46,918 nt of DNA, taken from contig JBEKDF010000022.1 in the NCBI GenBank assembly GCA_050014495.1, positions 1-46,918 of the forward strand. Direction: 5' to 3'. How positions within the stretch are numbered: the stretch's first letter is position 1; each line of letters opens with the position of its first letter. The stretch is from Candidatus Bathyarchaeia archaeon (GTDB taxonomy: Archaea > Thermoproteota > Bathyarchaeia > TCS64). A program made the position numbers and the translations under genes. The notes under the pieces are model-generated. The model had not been told where the DNA came from. It was given only the letters and a program-made list of their open reading frames with translations, and ran no database searches. Shown here one piece after another: positions 1 to 10,889 of the stretch.

Positions 1-206
1 TCTGTTTTTGGTTGGTTAGGTTTGGTTTTTGGGTTCTTGGGGGTGTTGTTGGTCTGTTTATACGCTTCGATTGTTGGCTTTGTTGGGTGAACGATTAAAA
101 TCAGAGGTTACTACGAATCCTCAATAATTATTCCTACAGGCCTTCAAAGCAGGTTAGGCGAGGCATAAATGTAAATAGAGAGGCAGGGTAAGCGTCTTCG
201 ATAGCC

Positions 207-1409
207 TTGTTTGACTCTAAGAAGTTCTACTCTAAACTGGGCGTGACCTTCGAGTCTAGCATCATGAACTCGATAATCCTACCCAAGCCTGGGACGAAAC
301 TGATCAGGTTCACGGGTGGCAGCTACGATGTACCGAGCCTCCCATCAGCTGAGGTGAAGAGGATATTCGAGGAAGCTTCTCCACAGGCATGGGCTGAGAT
401 GCTTCAGTACGGGGAGACTGCTGGGATGCCCTCCCTTCTGAAGGAATTATCCACATTCATGGCGGGGCACAAGATCAAGACTGACCCCACGAAAGAGATA
501 ATTGTAACAACTGGGAGTCAGGAGGCAATCGACCTCGTCAGCAGGGTCTTTATTGACAAAGGTGATATGATCCTGGTTGGCGCTCCTACCTACCTTCAGG
601 CTCTATCAGCCTTCAGGACACAATACCCAAAGTTTGTTGATATCCCCATCGACTTCGAGGGCATGGATACGCATATTCTTGAGGAGAAGTTGAAAAAGAT
701 CAAGGCAACTGGGAAGAAGGCGAAGATGTTATACATAATCCCCAGCTTCCAAAACCCTGACAGCAGCCTCATGACTCTGGAGAGGAGGCAGCGTGTGCTT
801 GAGCTAGCGGATAAGTACGATTTCATAATCTTCGAGGATAACCCCTATGGCTATATCAGCTTCGAAGGGCCGATGCCCACACCACTAGCTGGCCTAGACA
901 AATCGGGTCGTGTCATGTACACGAGCACATTCAGCAAAATGGTCTCCCCCGGTATGAGGATCGGCTGGATTACGGCGAACCCAGAATTCACTGACCACAT
1001 GATAGAGGCGAAGAACAATACCAGCATCTGCAACGACGGCCTCAGCCAATACGCTGCCGCGGAGCTCTTCAGGCGCGGAGACGTGGCGCGGCAGATACCA
1101 AAGGTGACGAGGGTCTACAGGAAGAAGAGGGATGTTATGCTCGAGGCGATGGAGACGAGCTTCCCAAAGAAGGCGAAGTGGGAGGAGCCAAAGGGCGGTC
1201 TCTTCCTCTGGGTCAAACTCCCTAGGGGCTTCGACACCGACTCCCTCCTCATGGAATCAGTAAAGAATGGTATCGCCTTCGTCCCAGGGAGCTTATTCTT
1301 CAGTAAACCTGTTCATAACTACTTGCGCCTAAACTACAGTCTACCTTCTGAGGAGGACATAGTCACGGGGATACAGGCTCTGGGCAGGCTCCTTAAGGAG
1401 AAGCTCTAG
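207..1409 (+). CDS. PLP-dependent aminotransferase class I/II (LysN/ARO8-like)
   Basis: Motifs TTGSQEAIDL, YIIPSFQNP, EDNPYG and TFSKMVSPGMRIGW (PLP lysine); TTG start. Confidence 0.92.
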   Translation: MFDSKKFYSKLGVTFESSIMNSIILPKPGTKLIRFTGGSYDVPSLPSAEVKRIFEEASPQAWAEMLQYGETAGMPSLLKELSTFMAGHKIKTDPTKEIIVTTGSQEAIDLVSRVFIDKGDMILVGAPTYLQALSAFRTQYPKFVDIPIDFEGMDTHILEEKLKKIKATGKKAKMLYIIPSFQNPDSSLMTLERRQRVLELADKYDFIIFEDNPYGYISFEGPMPTPLAGLDKSGRVMYTSTFSKMVSPGMRIGWITANPEFTDHMIEAKNNTSICNDGLSQYAAAELFRRGDVARQIPKVTRVYRKKRDVMLEAMETSFPKKAKWEEPKGGLFLWVKLPRGFDTDSLLMESVKNGIAFVPGSLFFSKPVHNYLRLNYSLPSEEDIVTGIQALGRLLKEKL

Positions 1410-1516
1410 TAGGTCAAACCAGCTAAGCACATTGTTTTCTACATGTTATCTCTATTTAAGGTACCCTAAAGACAGCCATTCATCTGATAAGTAACAAAGC
1501 CATCAATTTGTTCAGC

Positions 1517-2101
1517 ATGGTCAAAATTCTAGGTATAGTGGGTAGTCCGCGTAGGGGAGGGAACACCGAGATTCTTGTGAGGACCGCATTAGAGTCTGTG
1601 AGCAAGGTAGGAGTGGAGACCGAAATGATCCTTCTCAGTGAGAAGATTGTTGGTCCTTGCGACGGTTGCGCCTCCTGCGCTAAAACGAAGAGATGTAAAA
1701 CGAACGACGATTTCGCCGAGGTCTTCGACAAGATGGCTACCGCCGACGCGATCCTATTCGCGAGCCCCAGCTACTTCGAGTCAGTTACCCCGCAGATGAA
1801 GGCGCTTATTGATAGGGCGGGTTTCTTCAATAATAGGGCCACTGGAAGGTCAGCGTTCACTGGGAAGGTTGGCGGGGCGATGTCTGTAGCTTACAGGACT
1901 GGCCTTGCCACGACGTGGTGTCAGATGTTGATCTTCATACTCGCCCAAAGGATGATTGTACCGGGGATAGCTAGCTTTCCAAATGCCGTTGCGAGTGAGC
2001 CAGGGGATGTCCTGAAGGATCAGGAGGGAATGGATAAGGCGAGGGAGATCGGTGAGGCGATGGCTAAACTGGCGGAGAGGCTCGCCAAGACGCGTGATTA
2101 A
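1517..2101 (+). CDS. Iron-sulfur flavoprotein / flavodoxin family (NADPH-dependent FMN reductase fold)
   Basis: GSPRRGGNT FMN-binding loop, CDGCASC-x5-C cluster motif, ASPSYF; ATG at 1517 chosen over TTG at 1508. Confidence 0.88.
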   Translation: MVKILGIVGSPRRGGNTEILVRTALESVSKVGVETEMILLSEKIVGPCDGCASCAKTKRCKTNDDFAEVFDKMATADAILFASPSYFESVTPQMKALIDRAGFFNNRATGRSAFTGKVGGAMSVAYRTGLATTWCQMLIFILAQRMIVPGIASFPNAVASEPGDVLKDQEGMDKAREIGEAMAKLAERLAKTRD

Positions 2102-2180
2102 AACCAGCATATCCCTATTTTTAATGACCCATGCTAAACTCTTTATCGTCTTTAACTTATCTCGTATCTAGTGACTGGTT

Positions 2181-3761
2181 TTGCGGTTCGACATCCTGTT
2201 TGAGGGCGGGCACGTCGTCGATGGCTCAGGGAACACATGGTTCAGGGCCGACGTCGGTGTCGTTGGGGACAAGATTGAAGTCATCGGCGATTTGAAGGGT
2301 GCTCATGCGGTAAGGAAAGTGGATGTTAGGGGGCACATCGTCGCTCCAGGCTTTATGGACATACACAGCCACAGCGACATTCCCCTCCTCGTTGACCCAC
2401 GCGTTGAGTCGAAAGTTTATCAGGGAATCACTGTTGAGGTTGTGGGTAACTGTGGAACTTCTGCCGCGCCAATGAACAAGTTGGTTAAAAGTTACAGGGA
2501 AAAGTACGGACGAGGAGGTGTGTCAGAAGACTTCGAGTTCGACTGGTTTACTATGGGTGACTATATGGATCGCGTCGACCAGCAGGGCGTCAGCTTCAAC
2601 GTTGCGACATGGGTAGGTCACGGCACTATACGCCAGAATATCTTAGGCTACGCGGAGAGAGAACCCACCGATGTGGAGCTGAGGAAGATGAAGAAGCTTG
2701 TTGATAATGCCATGAAGGATGGCGCATATGGCATGAGCACCGGCCTGATCTACCCCCCAAGTGTCTATGGGAAGACGCTGGAAATCATCGAGCTCGCAAA
2801 GGTCTCTGCGAGGTATGGGGGGCTTTACGCGAGTCACATAAGGGGGGAGGAAAGCGACTCACTCATACCCGCTGTGAGAGAGGCGATAGAAATAGGGGAG
2901 AAGGCGGGTCTTCCGGTTCAGATTGCCCATTTCAAGGCGAGCGGTAAGAAGGCGTGGGGCATGGTTAAGCAAAGCCTCAACCTCGTCGAAGAGGCACGCG
3001 CTCGAGGAGTTGATGTAGCCTTCGACCAGTACCCCTACATCGCATCAAGCACCGGCCTTGCTGCCATCCTCCCTCACTGGGCCCACGAAGGCGGCCCCGA
3101 GAAGATGATGGAACGCCTACGCGACCCCGAGCTACGCAAACGCATGGCGAGGGAACAACGCCTAGAGCGTGACTGGGATGGTGTCCTTGTAGTCTTCGCG
3201 AAAAACAACCCACAGTACAACGGGAAGACCATCACGGAAATCGCGAAGGAGCAGGGAAAGAAGCCACACGACGCCGCCTGTGATCTACTACTTGCGGAGA
3301 ACACAGTTGTACCAACCGTCATGTTTGGAATGACTGAGGAAGATGTGAAGTATGTGATGAGGAGTCCCATTGGGATGGTTGGGAGCGACGGCTCGGCTAT
3401 AAGCCCAAATGGCATCCTCGGCTTGGGGAAACCTCATCCTCGATACTACGGTACATTCCCACGAGTACTCGGCAAGTATGCTCGGGAGGAGAAGGTCATT
3501 TGCATGGAGGAGGCGGTCAGAAAGATGACGAGCGCTCCCGCACAACGCCTCGGCCTTAAAAACAGGGGCCTACTACGCGAAGGATACAAAGCCGATATCG
3601 TCGTCTTCGACCCAGAGACCGTAAGGGATGAAGCGACTTTCACGAACCCTCATAAGTTCCCTACAGGCATCCCTTATGTCATCTGCAATGGAGTATTCAC
3701 TATAGATAAGACGAAACACACGGGAAAGCTACCTGGTAGGATGCTCCGCAAGGGGAAGTAG
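2181..3761 (+). CDS. N-acyl-D-amino-acid deacylase (D-aminoacylase, amidohydrolase family)
   Basis: PGFMDIHSHSD, GNCG, STGLIYPP, SHIRGE, GSDG and PHPRYYGTFPRVLG motifs. Confidence 0.92.
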   Translation: MRFDILFEGGHVVDGSGNTWFRADVGVVGDKIEVIGDLKGAHAVRKVDVRGHIVAPGFMDIHSHSDIPLLVDPRVESKVYQGITVEVVGNCGTSAAPMNKLVKSYREKYGRGGVSEDFEFDWFTMGDYMDRVDQQGVSFNVATWVGHGTIRQNILGYAEREPTDVELRKMKKLVDNAMKDGAYGMSTGLIYPPSVYGKTLEIIELAKVSARYGGLYASHIRGEESDSLIPAVREAIEIGEKAGLPVQIAHFKASGKKAWGMVKQSLNLVEEARARGVDVAFDQYPYIASSTGLAAILPHWAHEGGPEKMMERLRDPELRKRMAREQRLERDWDGVLVVFAKNNPQYNGKTITEIAKEQGKKPHDAACDLLLAENTVVPTVMFGMTEEDVKYVMRSPIGMVGSDGSAISPNGILGLGKPHPRYYGTFPRVLGKYAREEKVICMEEAVRKMTSAPAQRLGLKNRGLLREGYKADIVVFDPETVRDEATFTNPHKFPTGIPYVICNGVFTIDKTKHTGKLPGRMLRKGK

Positions 3762-3817
3762 CCCCGGAAACCGTCTTATCCTCTGGGGCGCTGTTTCTAA
3801 CTTACTGGTACACATCC

Positions 3818-4843
3818 ATGCCAAAAAAGAGAGTCGATTTCGACGACCGTCTCCTCAATAGGATACATGGATGCCTTGCCGGAGTCGCCGTGGGTGACGC
3901 CTTCGGGATGCCAATGGCGAGCTGGACCCCCATGGAGGTCAAACGCCGCTACGGATACGTAACTCAGCTCATAGCTCCCAATCCCGACCACCCCCTCCAT
4001 GGCAAACTACCCATCGGCTCAATCACTGACGACACCCAGCTCACAATGGCAGTAGTCGACATGATACTCAGGGACAGCAAAGTGAGCCACTACGGCATGG
4101 CGGACAGGATCGTGAAGTGGGTGAGGGAGAACAACCTACTCGAGACACGGATATTCGGTCCAAGCACTATCCACGCTGTACAAATGCTCATGGCGGGCCA
4201 TGACCCATCAGACACGGGTAAGGCTGGCACTACTAATGGCGGGGCCATGAAGATAGCGCCTATAGGCATAATCAATGTGGCTCGCCCCATGATGAAGCTC
4301 ATAGACGATGTAGAAGAGACGTGTATGCCCACCCACTACACTAGCGTAGCACTTGCTGCCTCCAGTGCGGTGGCCGCCGCTGTCTCAGAAGCGCTCAGAA
4401 CCGATTCTACCATAAACTCAGTCGTGAATGCCGCGAGACGAGCCGCCAGGATGGGTGAGTTGCGGGGTACACAACTCGCCTTCCCATCTATTGAGAAGAG
4501 AATAGCCATGGCTGTGAGACTTGTTAAGGGGCGGACGCCAGAAGTTGCCTCTGAAGCGCTCTATGACCGAATTGGCGCCGACATCTCAAGCTCTGCCTCG
4601 ATTCCCACCGCAATTGGCCTCTTCGCCGCTGCGAATGGCGACCCCATAGCCACCATCATACTAACAGCCAACATGGGTGGCGACACAGACACAATAGGAG
4701 CCATTGCCGGAGGCATATCCGGCGCTTACACTGGAGTTGACGCCTTTCCCAAGCCCATCCTCGACACTGTTGAGAGGGTTAACACCCTCGACCTACGGGA
4801 GAAGTCGAAGCTCTTGATGGAATATGCGAGGATATACAAATGA
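3818..4843 (+). CDS. ADP-ribosylglycohydrolase family protein
   Basis: GDAFGMP, TDDT, TNGGAMKIAP and GGDTDTIGAIAG motifs. Confidence 0.92.
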   Translation: MPKKRVDFDDRLLNRIHGCLAGVAVGDAFGMPMASWTPMEVKRRYGYVTQLIAPNPDHPLHGKLPIGSITDDTQLTMAVVDMILRDSKVSHYGMADRIVKWVRENNLLETRIFGPSTIHAVQMLMAGHDPSDTGKAGTTNGGAMKIAPIGIINVARPMMKLIDDVEETCMPTHYTSVALAASSAVAAAVSEALRTDSTINSVVNAARRAARMGELRGTQLAFPSIEKRIAMAVRLVKGRTPEVASEALYDRIGADISSSASIPTAIGLFAAANGDPIATIILTANMGGDTDTIGAIAGGISGAYTGVDAFPKPILDTVERVNTLDLREKSKLLMEYARIYK

Positions 4844-5795
4844 CCCTCGATGTCGTAGCGTAGGCGACTCTGTCGTCGACGTTGTCGTCCCCCTCCCAAG
4901 GTTTCTCAGAGGGAATGAAGATAGTCTCCACAGCACGGGCATGGTGAGGCATATGGGTGGCTCGAGCAACTACCTCATAGCTGCGAGTCGCCTCGGTCTC
5001 CGTGTTGGCGTTGCTGACTGCATTGGAGATGACGACCTCGGAGTCTTCTACAGGGCAGGTCTCGAGGCAGAGGGTATCGACACGTCGAGACTCCTGGTCA
5101 TGGAAAGAGGCAGGACATCCGGCTGCATAGTTATCCTGACCAGCAGAGGAAAACACGCCTACGTCGGACTCGAGGGCGTAAGTAGGACTTACAGCCCCGA
5201 TGAATTCGATGAGGGCTATGTCTTGGAGGCACGCTCACTTTTCATATCGGGCTATCCCCTTGCAGAGAACCCGATTGCATTCACAGTCACCAAGGCGATG
5301 AGGACAGCAACGCGAGCGGGTATACCCCTCTTCTTCGATCCCAGCCCCGTCGTCGACGCGATCCAACCCAATCTCCTCCGTGAGGCAGTCGAGTCGACCC
5401 ACACCCTAATCCTAAACTATAGGGAGATGCGCCTCATCGCATCAACGCTCGGAATTAAGAACGAGCTGAATAGTTTACTTGAGTTAGGCGCCAGAAGAGT
5501 TATTCTCAAACGTGGGGCAGATGGCTGCTCTTTCCAAACCCCATTGGGAACCATGGACTATCCTGGTTTCAAGGTCAAGGTCATTGACACTACAGGGGCA
5601 GGTGACTCCTTCGACGCCGCAATCATTTACGGTACCCTAAGAGGGTGGAATGAACAGGACACTGCTACCTTGGCGAACGCTGTTGGGGCTGTGAAGGTGG
5701 GGAAGAGGGGAGCGGGGAGAAATGTCCCGACACTCACCGAGCTTGTGAGCTTCCTGAAAGAGAGGGAGCTCACAATCTCTGATAAGCTCGACTAG
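4840..5795 (+). CDS. PfkB/ribokinase-family carbohydrate kinase (apparent 1-bp frameshift near 4859)
   Basis: GGSSNY, FFDPSP, LKRGADG and DTTGAGDSF motifs. An ATG at 4840 overlaps the upstream TGA and reads MTLDVVA, which joins VGDSVVD only with one extra base; the ORF track starts at 4824. Confidence 0.88.
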
Positions 5796-6904
5796 CTACG
5801 GAACTTTAAGCGCTCCTGTATGACTCGCCCGAAGTCGCTACGGGTCACTATGCCTACAAGCTTTCCTCCTTCAACGACAGGAAGGCGCCCCACACCCGCT
5901 TTCGACATCTTGATTAGAGCGTCAACAGCTGCATCCTCGGGACTCGCAGTGACAAGGTTCTTAATACCCTTCATCACCTGGTCCACACGTCTCTCGTCCC
6001 AGTACTCCGGGTTGATCCTCCTCACATCCTCATCAGTGACGAGGCCAAGTAACTCCCCATTTTTAACAACGGGGAAACCGTGGTGCTTTGTAGGAGTCAG
6101 GGCATAGTCTTGCACCTGTTGGAGGCTGTAGTCCGGCTCGACAGTCTTAACATCCTTAGTCATTATATCGCCGACGGTAACCCCTGTTAACGCCTGTGAA
6201 ACACGGGTCTCGTTCATGCTCGCCTGGGCACTACTAGATACGAAAAGACCAATGAATAGAAGCCAAATACCGTTGAAGTCGCCGTAGAAGATAGTGTCAA
6301 GAAAGCCAATGCCAATGAAGGCATAGCTTATTGCGCGCGAGATGGTTGTGACGATGCGTGTTGACTTTAGTATGTTTTTATTTCTCCCCCAGACGATGCC
6401 CCGCAGAACCCTGCCTCCATCCATTGGGAAGGCTGGGATCAAGTTGAATGCGGCGAGAACGAAGTTGATGTACCCTGCATATTGGAGGACCGCTAGCACC
6501 GCGAGAGGTAGAAAGCCACCGATTAGGTAGACACCATAGAATATTATGCCGAGGGCAATGCTTGTTAACGGACCAGCGGCCGCCATTCGCAACTCCGCCT
6601 CCGGGGTGTGAGCTTCCTCTGCTGTTTCCGAGACTCCGCCAAGGAAATAGAGGGTGATGCTATTTACTTTGATCTTGAACCTCTGCGCCACAACAGAGTG
6701 TGCTATTTCATGGATTAGAACGGATATGAAGAGTATTGCCGCAGAGACCGCACCGACACCCCAGTAAAAGATGTCACTCTGCCCAGGGTAACCGTTGGGG
6801 AGATATCCCCACGCAAGGGACCACGCGAGAAGCCCGAAGATTATGAACCAAGAGTAGTGGAGGCGGATGTCAACACCATAGAGTCGGCCCACTTTAAGAG
6901 ACAT
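5792..6904 (-). CDS. Site-2 protease (M50) with C-terminal CBS domain pair
   Basis: HEIAH, FNLIPAFPMDGGR, transmembrane segments and two CBS repeats. Confidence 0.93.
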   Translation of the reverse strand: MSLKVGRLYGVDIRLHYSWFIIFGLLAWSLAWGYLPNGYPGQSDIFYWGVGAVSAAILFISVLIHEIAHSVVAQRFKIKVNSITLYFLGGVSETAEEAHTPEAELRMAAAGPLTSIALGIIFYGVYLIGGFLPLAVLAVLQYAGYINFVLAAFNLIPAFPMDGGRVLRGIVWGRNKNILKSTRIVTTISRAISYAFIGIGFLDTIFYGDFNGIWLLFIGLFVSSSAQASMNETRVSQALTGVTVGDIMTKDVKTVEPDYSLQQVQDYALTPTKHHGFPVVKNGELLGLVTDEDVRRINPEYWDERRVDQVMKGIKNLVTASPEDAAVDALIKMSKAGVGRLPVVEGGKLVGIVTRSDFGRVIQERLKFRS

Positions 6905-7044
6905 CTAGATCATGACAATCGGTCGGAAGCCGTTATTAATAACCTTCTGACCTAATGATTTATTTTAATGTAGTAAAAATTGTGTTGTCGTCTGTTCCTT
7001 AGTAGATCTTAAACGGGTCGTCGTTCAGTGTATCCTGATCAATA

Positions 7045-7407
7045 ATGGCGAAGATTGTTAAGCGGAAGGACGCGTCAAAGCTCGAAACTGTGAAGGGGCG
7101 CCACGGCGAGATACTAATATCGGGAGATAAGTGCATGATGATGATAAATACAATAGAACCAGGGCTCCCGACACCTGCTCACAGCCACCCTCACGAGCAG
7201 ATAGGCTACCTCCAAGAGGGAGAAGGCGACCTCTATATTGGCGATGAGAAGATCCACATCAAGGCACAGTGCGCATTCCTTGCTCCCAGTGGCGTCAGCC
7301 ACAACTTCGATGCAACTGGCGACAAACCTGCTATACTCATAGAATGCTTCGCACCCCCAAGGGAGGACTATTTAGAGCGGGTTAAGACCAAAGCGAAGAA
7401 GAAGTAG
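7045..7407 (+). CDS. Cupin domain protein
   Basis: HSHPHEQ and PSGVSH cupin motifs; FAPPREDY tail. Confidence 0.88.
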   Translation: MAKIVKRKDASKLETVKGRHGEILISGDKCMMMINTIEPGLPTPAHSHPHEQIGYLQEGEGDLYIGDEKIHIKAQCAFLAPSGVSHNFDATGDKPAILIECFAPPREDYLERVKTKAKKK

Positions 7408-7507
7408 TTGAATAAATCTGAGCTCATCTATGTGCATTAACACCAAGGACAGTAGAGACTCTCCTCAGGGACGACGATCTTAAAGTAATAATAAAGGGGA
7501 ATTTAGG

Positions 7508-7981
7508 CTACCTTAGGTTCTCAAGCATTCTAAAGTCCTCCTTTACCGTGTTGAGGACGACGTGCGTGTTCGTCCTCTCAATATCCGGCATGCTCAGGAG
7601 GGCCTTAGGGAACTCGCTAAGTTCCTGCCTATTCTTGAACTTAGCTATGACCATGCTATCTATTTCCCCGGTGATATCATAGACACCGCAGACGTATGGT
7701 AGCTTACTGATGACTTTTTGGACTTCAATTAGCTTCCCCCGTGCCACAGTAATTTCTATGATAACAGTGAGCTCGTATCCGAGCCTCTCCCAGTCCACCA
7801 TTATCGTGTAGTCTTTCACCACTCCTGCCGATTCGAGGCGAGTTATATGGTTGATCACCGTCGCGGTACTTACCCCGATCGCCTTCGCAAGCTCCCTGTG
7901 ACTCCTCTTCGAATCCTTCAGTAGCTCACCCAGAACCTTCCGATCTATCTCATCAAGCATGAACATCGACAAACCCTCCAT
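7508..7981 (-). CDS. Lrp/AsnC family transcriptional regulator
   Basis: LDEIDRKVL HTH start, YDITGEID, TNTHVVL; start may be a few codons downstream. Confidence 0.92.
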   Translation of the reverse strand: MEGLSMFMLDEIDRKVLGELLKDSKRSHRELAKAIGVSTATVINHITRLESAGVVKDYTIMVDWERLGYELTVIIEITVARGKLIEVQKVISKLPYVCGVYDITGEIDSMVIAKFKNRQELSEFPKALLSMPDIERTNTHVVLNTVKEDFRMLENLR

Positions 7982-8088
7982 TTTCCGCTTTGTGCTGTAA
8001 AAGTATACACCTGTATATGAAATTTATGATAAAATTAATATATGTAGATGATAGAAGCGGTTTTCATTAAAGGCAGAGGTTATGTTTA

Positions 8089-8982
8089 ATGTCTAGTGAA
8101 AGGGAGTATGGAACTGCAGCCGCGGTTATAGTCGCGATCATCTGGGGTCTAAGCTTTGTTGCAGCAAGCTTCGTCTTGACGACGCTACCGCCGGTTATAC
8201 TAGCTACTGTAAGGTTTCTCATTGCGGCAGCGATCTACTCGCCAATAATCATTTGGGAATACATTAGGGGAAACAAGCCCACGACTTCGGATCTTAAGGA
8301 GCTAGCTGCATTCGGATTCCTAAGTATAAGCATCTACTTCTGGCTTCAATATACAGGTGTACAATTCGCGGGGGCTGGCGTCTCCGCAGTCCTAGTTACA
8401 GGTCTTATTCCCTTACTCACAGGTCTGGCAGGTGCGGTCCTTCTGAAGGAGCGTTTCAACCTCAAAAGGGGTTTCGGTGTCATACTTGGTCTAACTGGGG
8501 TCATCCTCATCGCCCTTCCTAAGCTCCTCGTCAGCAACGTAGACTGGCTATTCTTCATCGGTGTCCTCTGTCTTTTAGGTAACGCCGTCTGCTGGAGCCT
8601 TTATTCAACCCTAAGTCGTAGGCTGATGAAGAGAATTGGTAAGCCCCTGATGGTCACGGCGTATACTACACTCTTTGGGATGCTCTTCCTGCTTCCCATG
8701 AGCCTCACGGCAGATTGGGGGACTATCTACGCATTGTCATCGAGCCAATGGTGGAGCATATTATATCTAGCTATAATTTGCAGCAGCGTTGGCTACTTCC
8801 TATGGAATTATGCTCTAAGCAAGACGGAGGCCGTAAAAGCGACAACTTGGCTTTATCTAGAACCCGTTGCAGCCTTCGTGGGCTCATTCGTCCTCTTTGG
8901 CGTCATCCCCCTGCCTCTTACAATCCTCGGTGGAGCCGCGATCTTAATAGGCGCTCTTCTCACAAGTCTATCCAAGCAATAG
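8089..8982 (+). CDS. DMT/EamA family transporter
   Basis: IWGLSF start, about 10 hydrophobic helices, YLEPV motif. Confidence 0.9.
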   Translation: MSSEREYGTAAAVIVAIIWGLSFVAASFVLTTLPPVILATVRFLIAAAIYSPIIIWEYIRGNKPTTSDLKELAAFGFLSISIYFWLQYTGVQFAGAGVSAVLVTGLIPLLTGLAGAVLLKERFNLKRGFGVILGLTGVILIALPKLLVSNVDWLFFIGVLCLLGNAVCWSLYSTLSRRLMKRIGKPLMVTAYTTLFGMLFLLPMSLTADWGTIYALSSSQWWSILYLAIICSSVGYFLWNYALSKTEAVKATTWLYLEPVAAFVGSFVLFGVIPLPLTILGGAAILIGALLTSLSKQ

Positions 8983-9066
8983 AAAAGGTAGAACCTTTTT
9001 ACTATACAAATGTATAGGAAAAATTGGATAAAGGATATATTATAGCTCAGCTGTATCCGGTTCATA

Positions 9067-10425
9067 ATGACCAAGCCAGCGTTGACCCATCCGGATAGTG
9101 TTGACTCAATCATGGAAGAGGTGAAGAAACACGATATTCGTTACGTTCGTCTAGTTATCGTGGATTTGAATGGCATGCCTCGTGCAATGCTCATCCCAGA
9201 GTACCAGTTACCAATTACTCTAAGAGAAGGTATTGGCTTCGATGGTTCAAGCATGGGATTAGTCAATATAGAGCATAGCGACCTCACAGCCCACCCTGAC
9301 CCGAGCACCTTTCTGATTCCCATGTGGGAAACTCCTGGCGTCGCCCTCATGTTTACCTACCTCAGTAACCCTGATGGCTCCCCATTCGACGGGGACAGCC
9401 GAGGCCGCCTTAAATCCACTCTAGATGAACTCGAAGGGAAGGGAATGGGGTTGAACACAGGCCCGGAGTTGGAATATTTCTACATCAACCGAAGTAACGG
9501 GAATGTCACCCCATATGGAGCGGGGGGCTACTTCTACATCCCGCCAATGGACCCCACTGAGGACCTCAAACTCGATACCATGATGAATCTCGAGGCTGCT
9601 GGCTTCCAACTAGACAAGATCCACCATGAGGTTGGGCAGGGTCAACAAGAGATAAACTTCCGTTTCGCCGATGCCCTCAAGACAGCGGATAATGCTGTCC
9701 TATACAAGCTCGTTGTCAAGACCATCGCTGAGAAGAAAGGGGCTTCCGCCACATTCATGCCGAAACCCTTTTGGGGGATGAATGGGAGTGGCAGTCACTA
9801 TCACCAAAGCATGTTCGATCTAAAGACCGGGAGAAATCTATTCGGTGATAGGGATAGCGAGACTGGCCTGAGCAAGTTAGCATTTCAGTATGTCGCTGGT
9901 ATACTCAGTCACGCTCGTGCTATGAGCATGGTAGTCGCCCCAATTGTAAACAGCTACAAAAGGCTCGTCCCACACTATGAAGCCCCCGTCTACATTGCTT
10001 GGGGTCTGGGCAACAGGTCCGCCATAGTACGTGTTCCTCTCTACCCCGGGGATAAAGCCAAGGTAAGCCGCATAGAGTATAGACACCCCGACCCTAGCTG
10101 TAACCCCTACCTCGCCACAACCGCGATGCTCAAATCCGGTCTCGATGGTGTCAAGAGGAAAGCGGATCCACCTGAGATATTCGACGACAACGTCTACCAA
10201 GCGAAGGACTTAGAGATGCTCCCTGAGCACCTTGGCGAAGCCATCGATGTCTTCGAGAAGGATAAAGTGCTTACTGATGCCCTCGGAGAATACATCAGTA
10301 AGACGTTGGTAAAGGCAAAGAGAACCGAGTATGATGCCTATCTCAAATATGTTGGCACGGACTGGGCGTCCAGCCGCCCTCGCATCACTCCATGGGAGAT
10401 CGACAGGTACCTAGTCACCTGCTAA
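9067..10425 (+). CDS. glnA: Glutamine synthetase family protein (type I)
   Basis: FDGSS, HHEVGQGQQEI, FMPKPF..NGSG.H, YKRLVP.YEAP, NRS..VRVP and RIEYR.PDPSCNPY motifs. Confidence 0.85.
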   Translation: MTKPALTHPDSVDSIMEEVKKHDIRYVRLVIVDLNGMPRAMLIPEYQLPITLREGIGFDGSSMGLVNIEHSDLTAHPDPSTFLIPMWETPGVALMFTYLSNPDGSPFDGDSRGRLKSTLDELEGKGMGLNTGPELEYFYINRSNGNVTPYGAGGYFYIPPMDPTEDLKLDTMMNLEAAGFQLDKIHHEVGQGQQEINFRFADALKTADNAVLYKLVVKTIAEKKGASATFMPKPFWGMNGSGSHYHQSMFDLKTGRNLFGDRDSETGLSKLAFQYVAGILSHARAMSMVVAPIVNSYKRLVPHYEAPVYIAWGLGNRSAIVRVPLYPGDKAKVSRIEYRHPDPSCNPYLATTAMLKSGLDGVKRKADPPEIFDDNVYQAKDLEMLPEHLGEAIDVFEKDKVLTDALGEYISKTLVKAKRTEYDAYLKYVGTDWASSRPRITPWEIDRYLVTC

Positions 10426-10819
10426 ACCTGCGGGGGCACCCCAACTCCTCGATCTTCGATGGCAGATCATCGAGTTCTTCCACCATTTTCCTATACCACC
10501 TATCCAGCATCTCCCTAATCGAAGCCTTCAACCTCTCTGGGGGAACAGCATAGTAGACATACTTATACCCGCCAAGCCCAATGAGCTCCTCGTTACGCGT
10601 GGCAAGTCCCTTCTCCACTAATGACTGAAGCAGCCTCTGGGTCGTGGGGCGGCTCTTATCCAACCTCTCGACTACCTCCTGAACGGTGGCCTTGCCAAGC
10701 CCTGAGAGAGCGCAGTATGCTTCAACCTCCACGGTCTTCACACCAAGAGTACACCTCATGAGATCATCCGCTCCGAGGCTGGGCGCGTTTATCAGGCTCT
10801 GAAGCTCCCTTAGAGACAT
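10415..10819 (-). CDS. TrmB-like HTH transcriptional regulator
   Basis: DLMRCTLG...KSRPTTQRLLQSLVEKGL...GGYKYVY. Start placed at ATG 10819/10822 because the longer ORF overlaps thioredoxin. Confidence 0.8.
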   Translation of the reverse strand: MSLRELQSLINAPSLGADDLMRCTLGVKTVEVEAYCALSGLGKATVQEVVERLDKSRPTTQRLLQSLVEKGLATRNEELIGLGGYKYVYYAVPPERLKASIREMLDRWYRKMVEELDDLPSKIEELGCPRRFSR

Positions 10820-10889
10820 CATGTTCAATGATGTTGAACATCTTAAAATATCTTTATATCCGTGGCAAACTAAGTTTAAACGAAGAAGA

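Noticed and set aside
1..90. G/T-rich low-complexity tract at the window start
   Set aside because: Truncated by the window edge; no periodicity or function can be supported.
3818..4843. Functional link between the ADP-ribosylglycohydrolase and SPARTA-generated ADP-ribose
   Set aside because: More than 20 kb apart, in core versus island context; no evidence of linkage.
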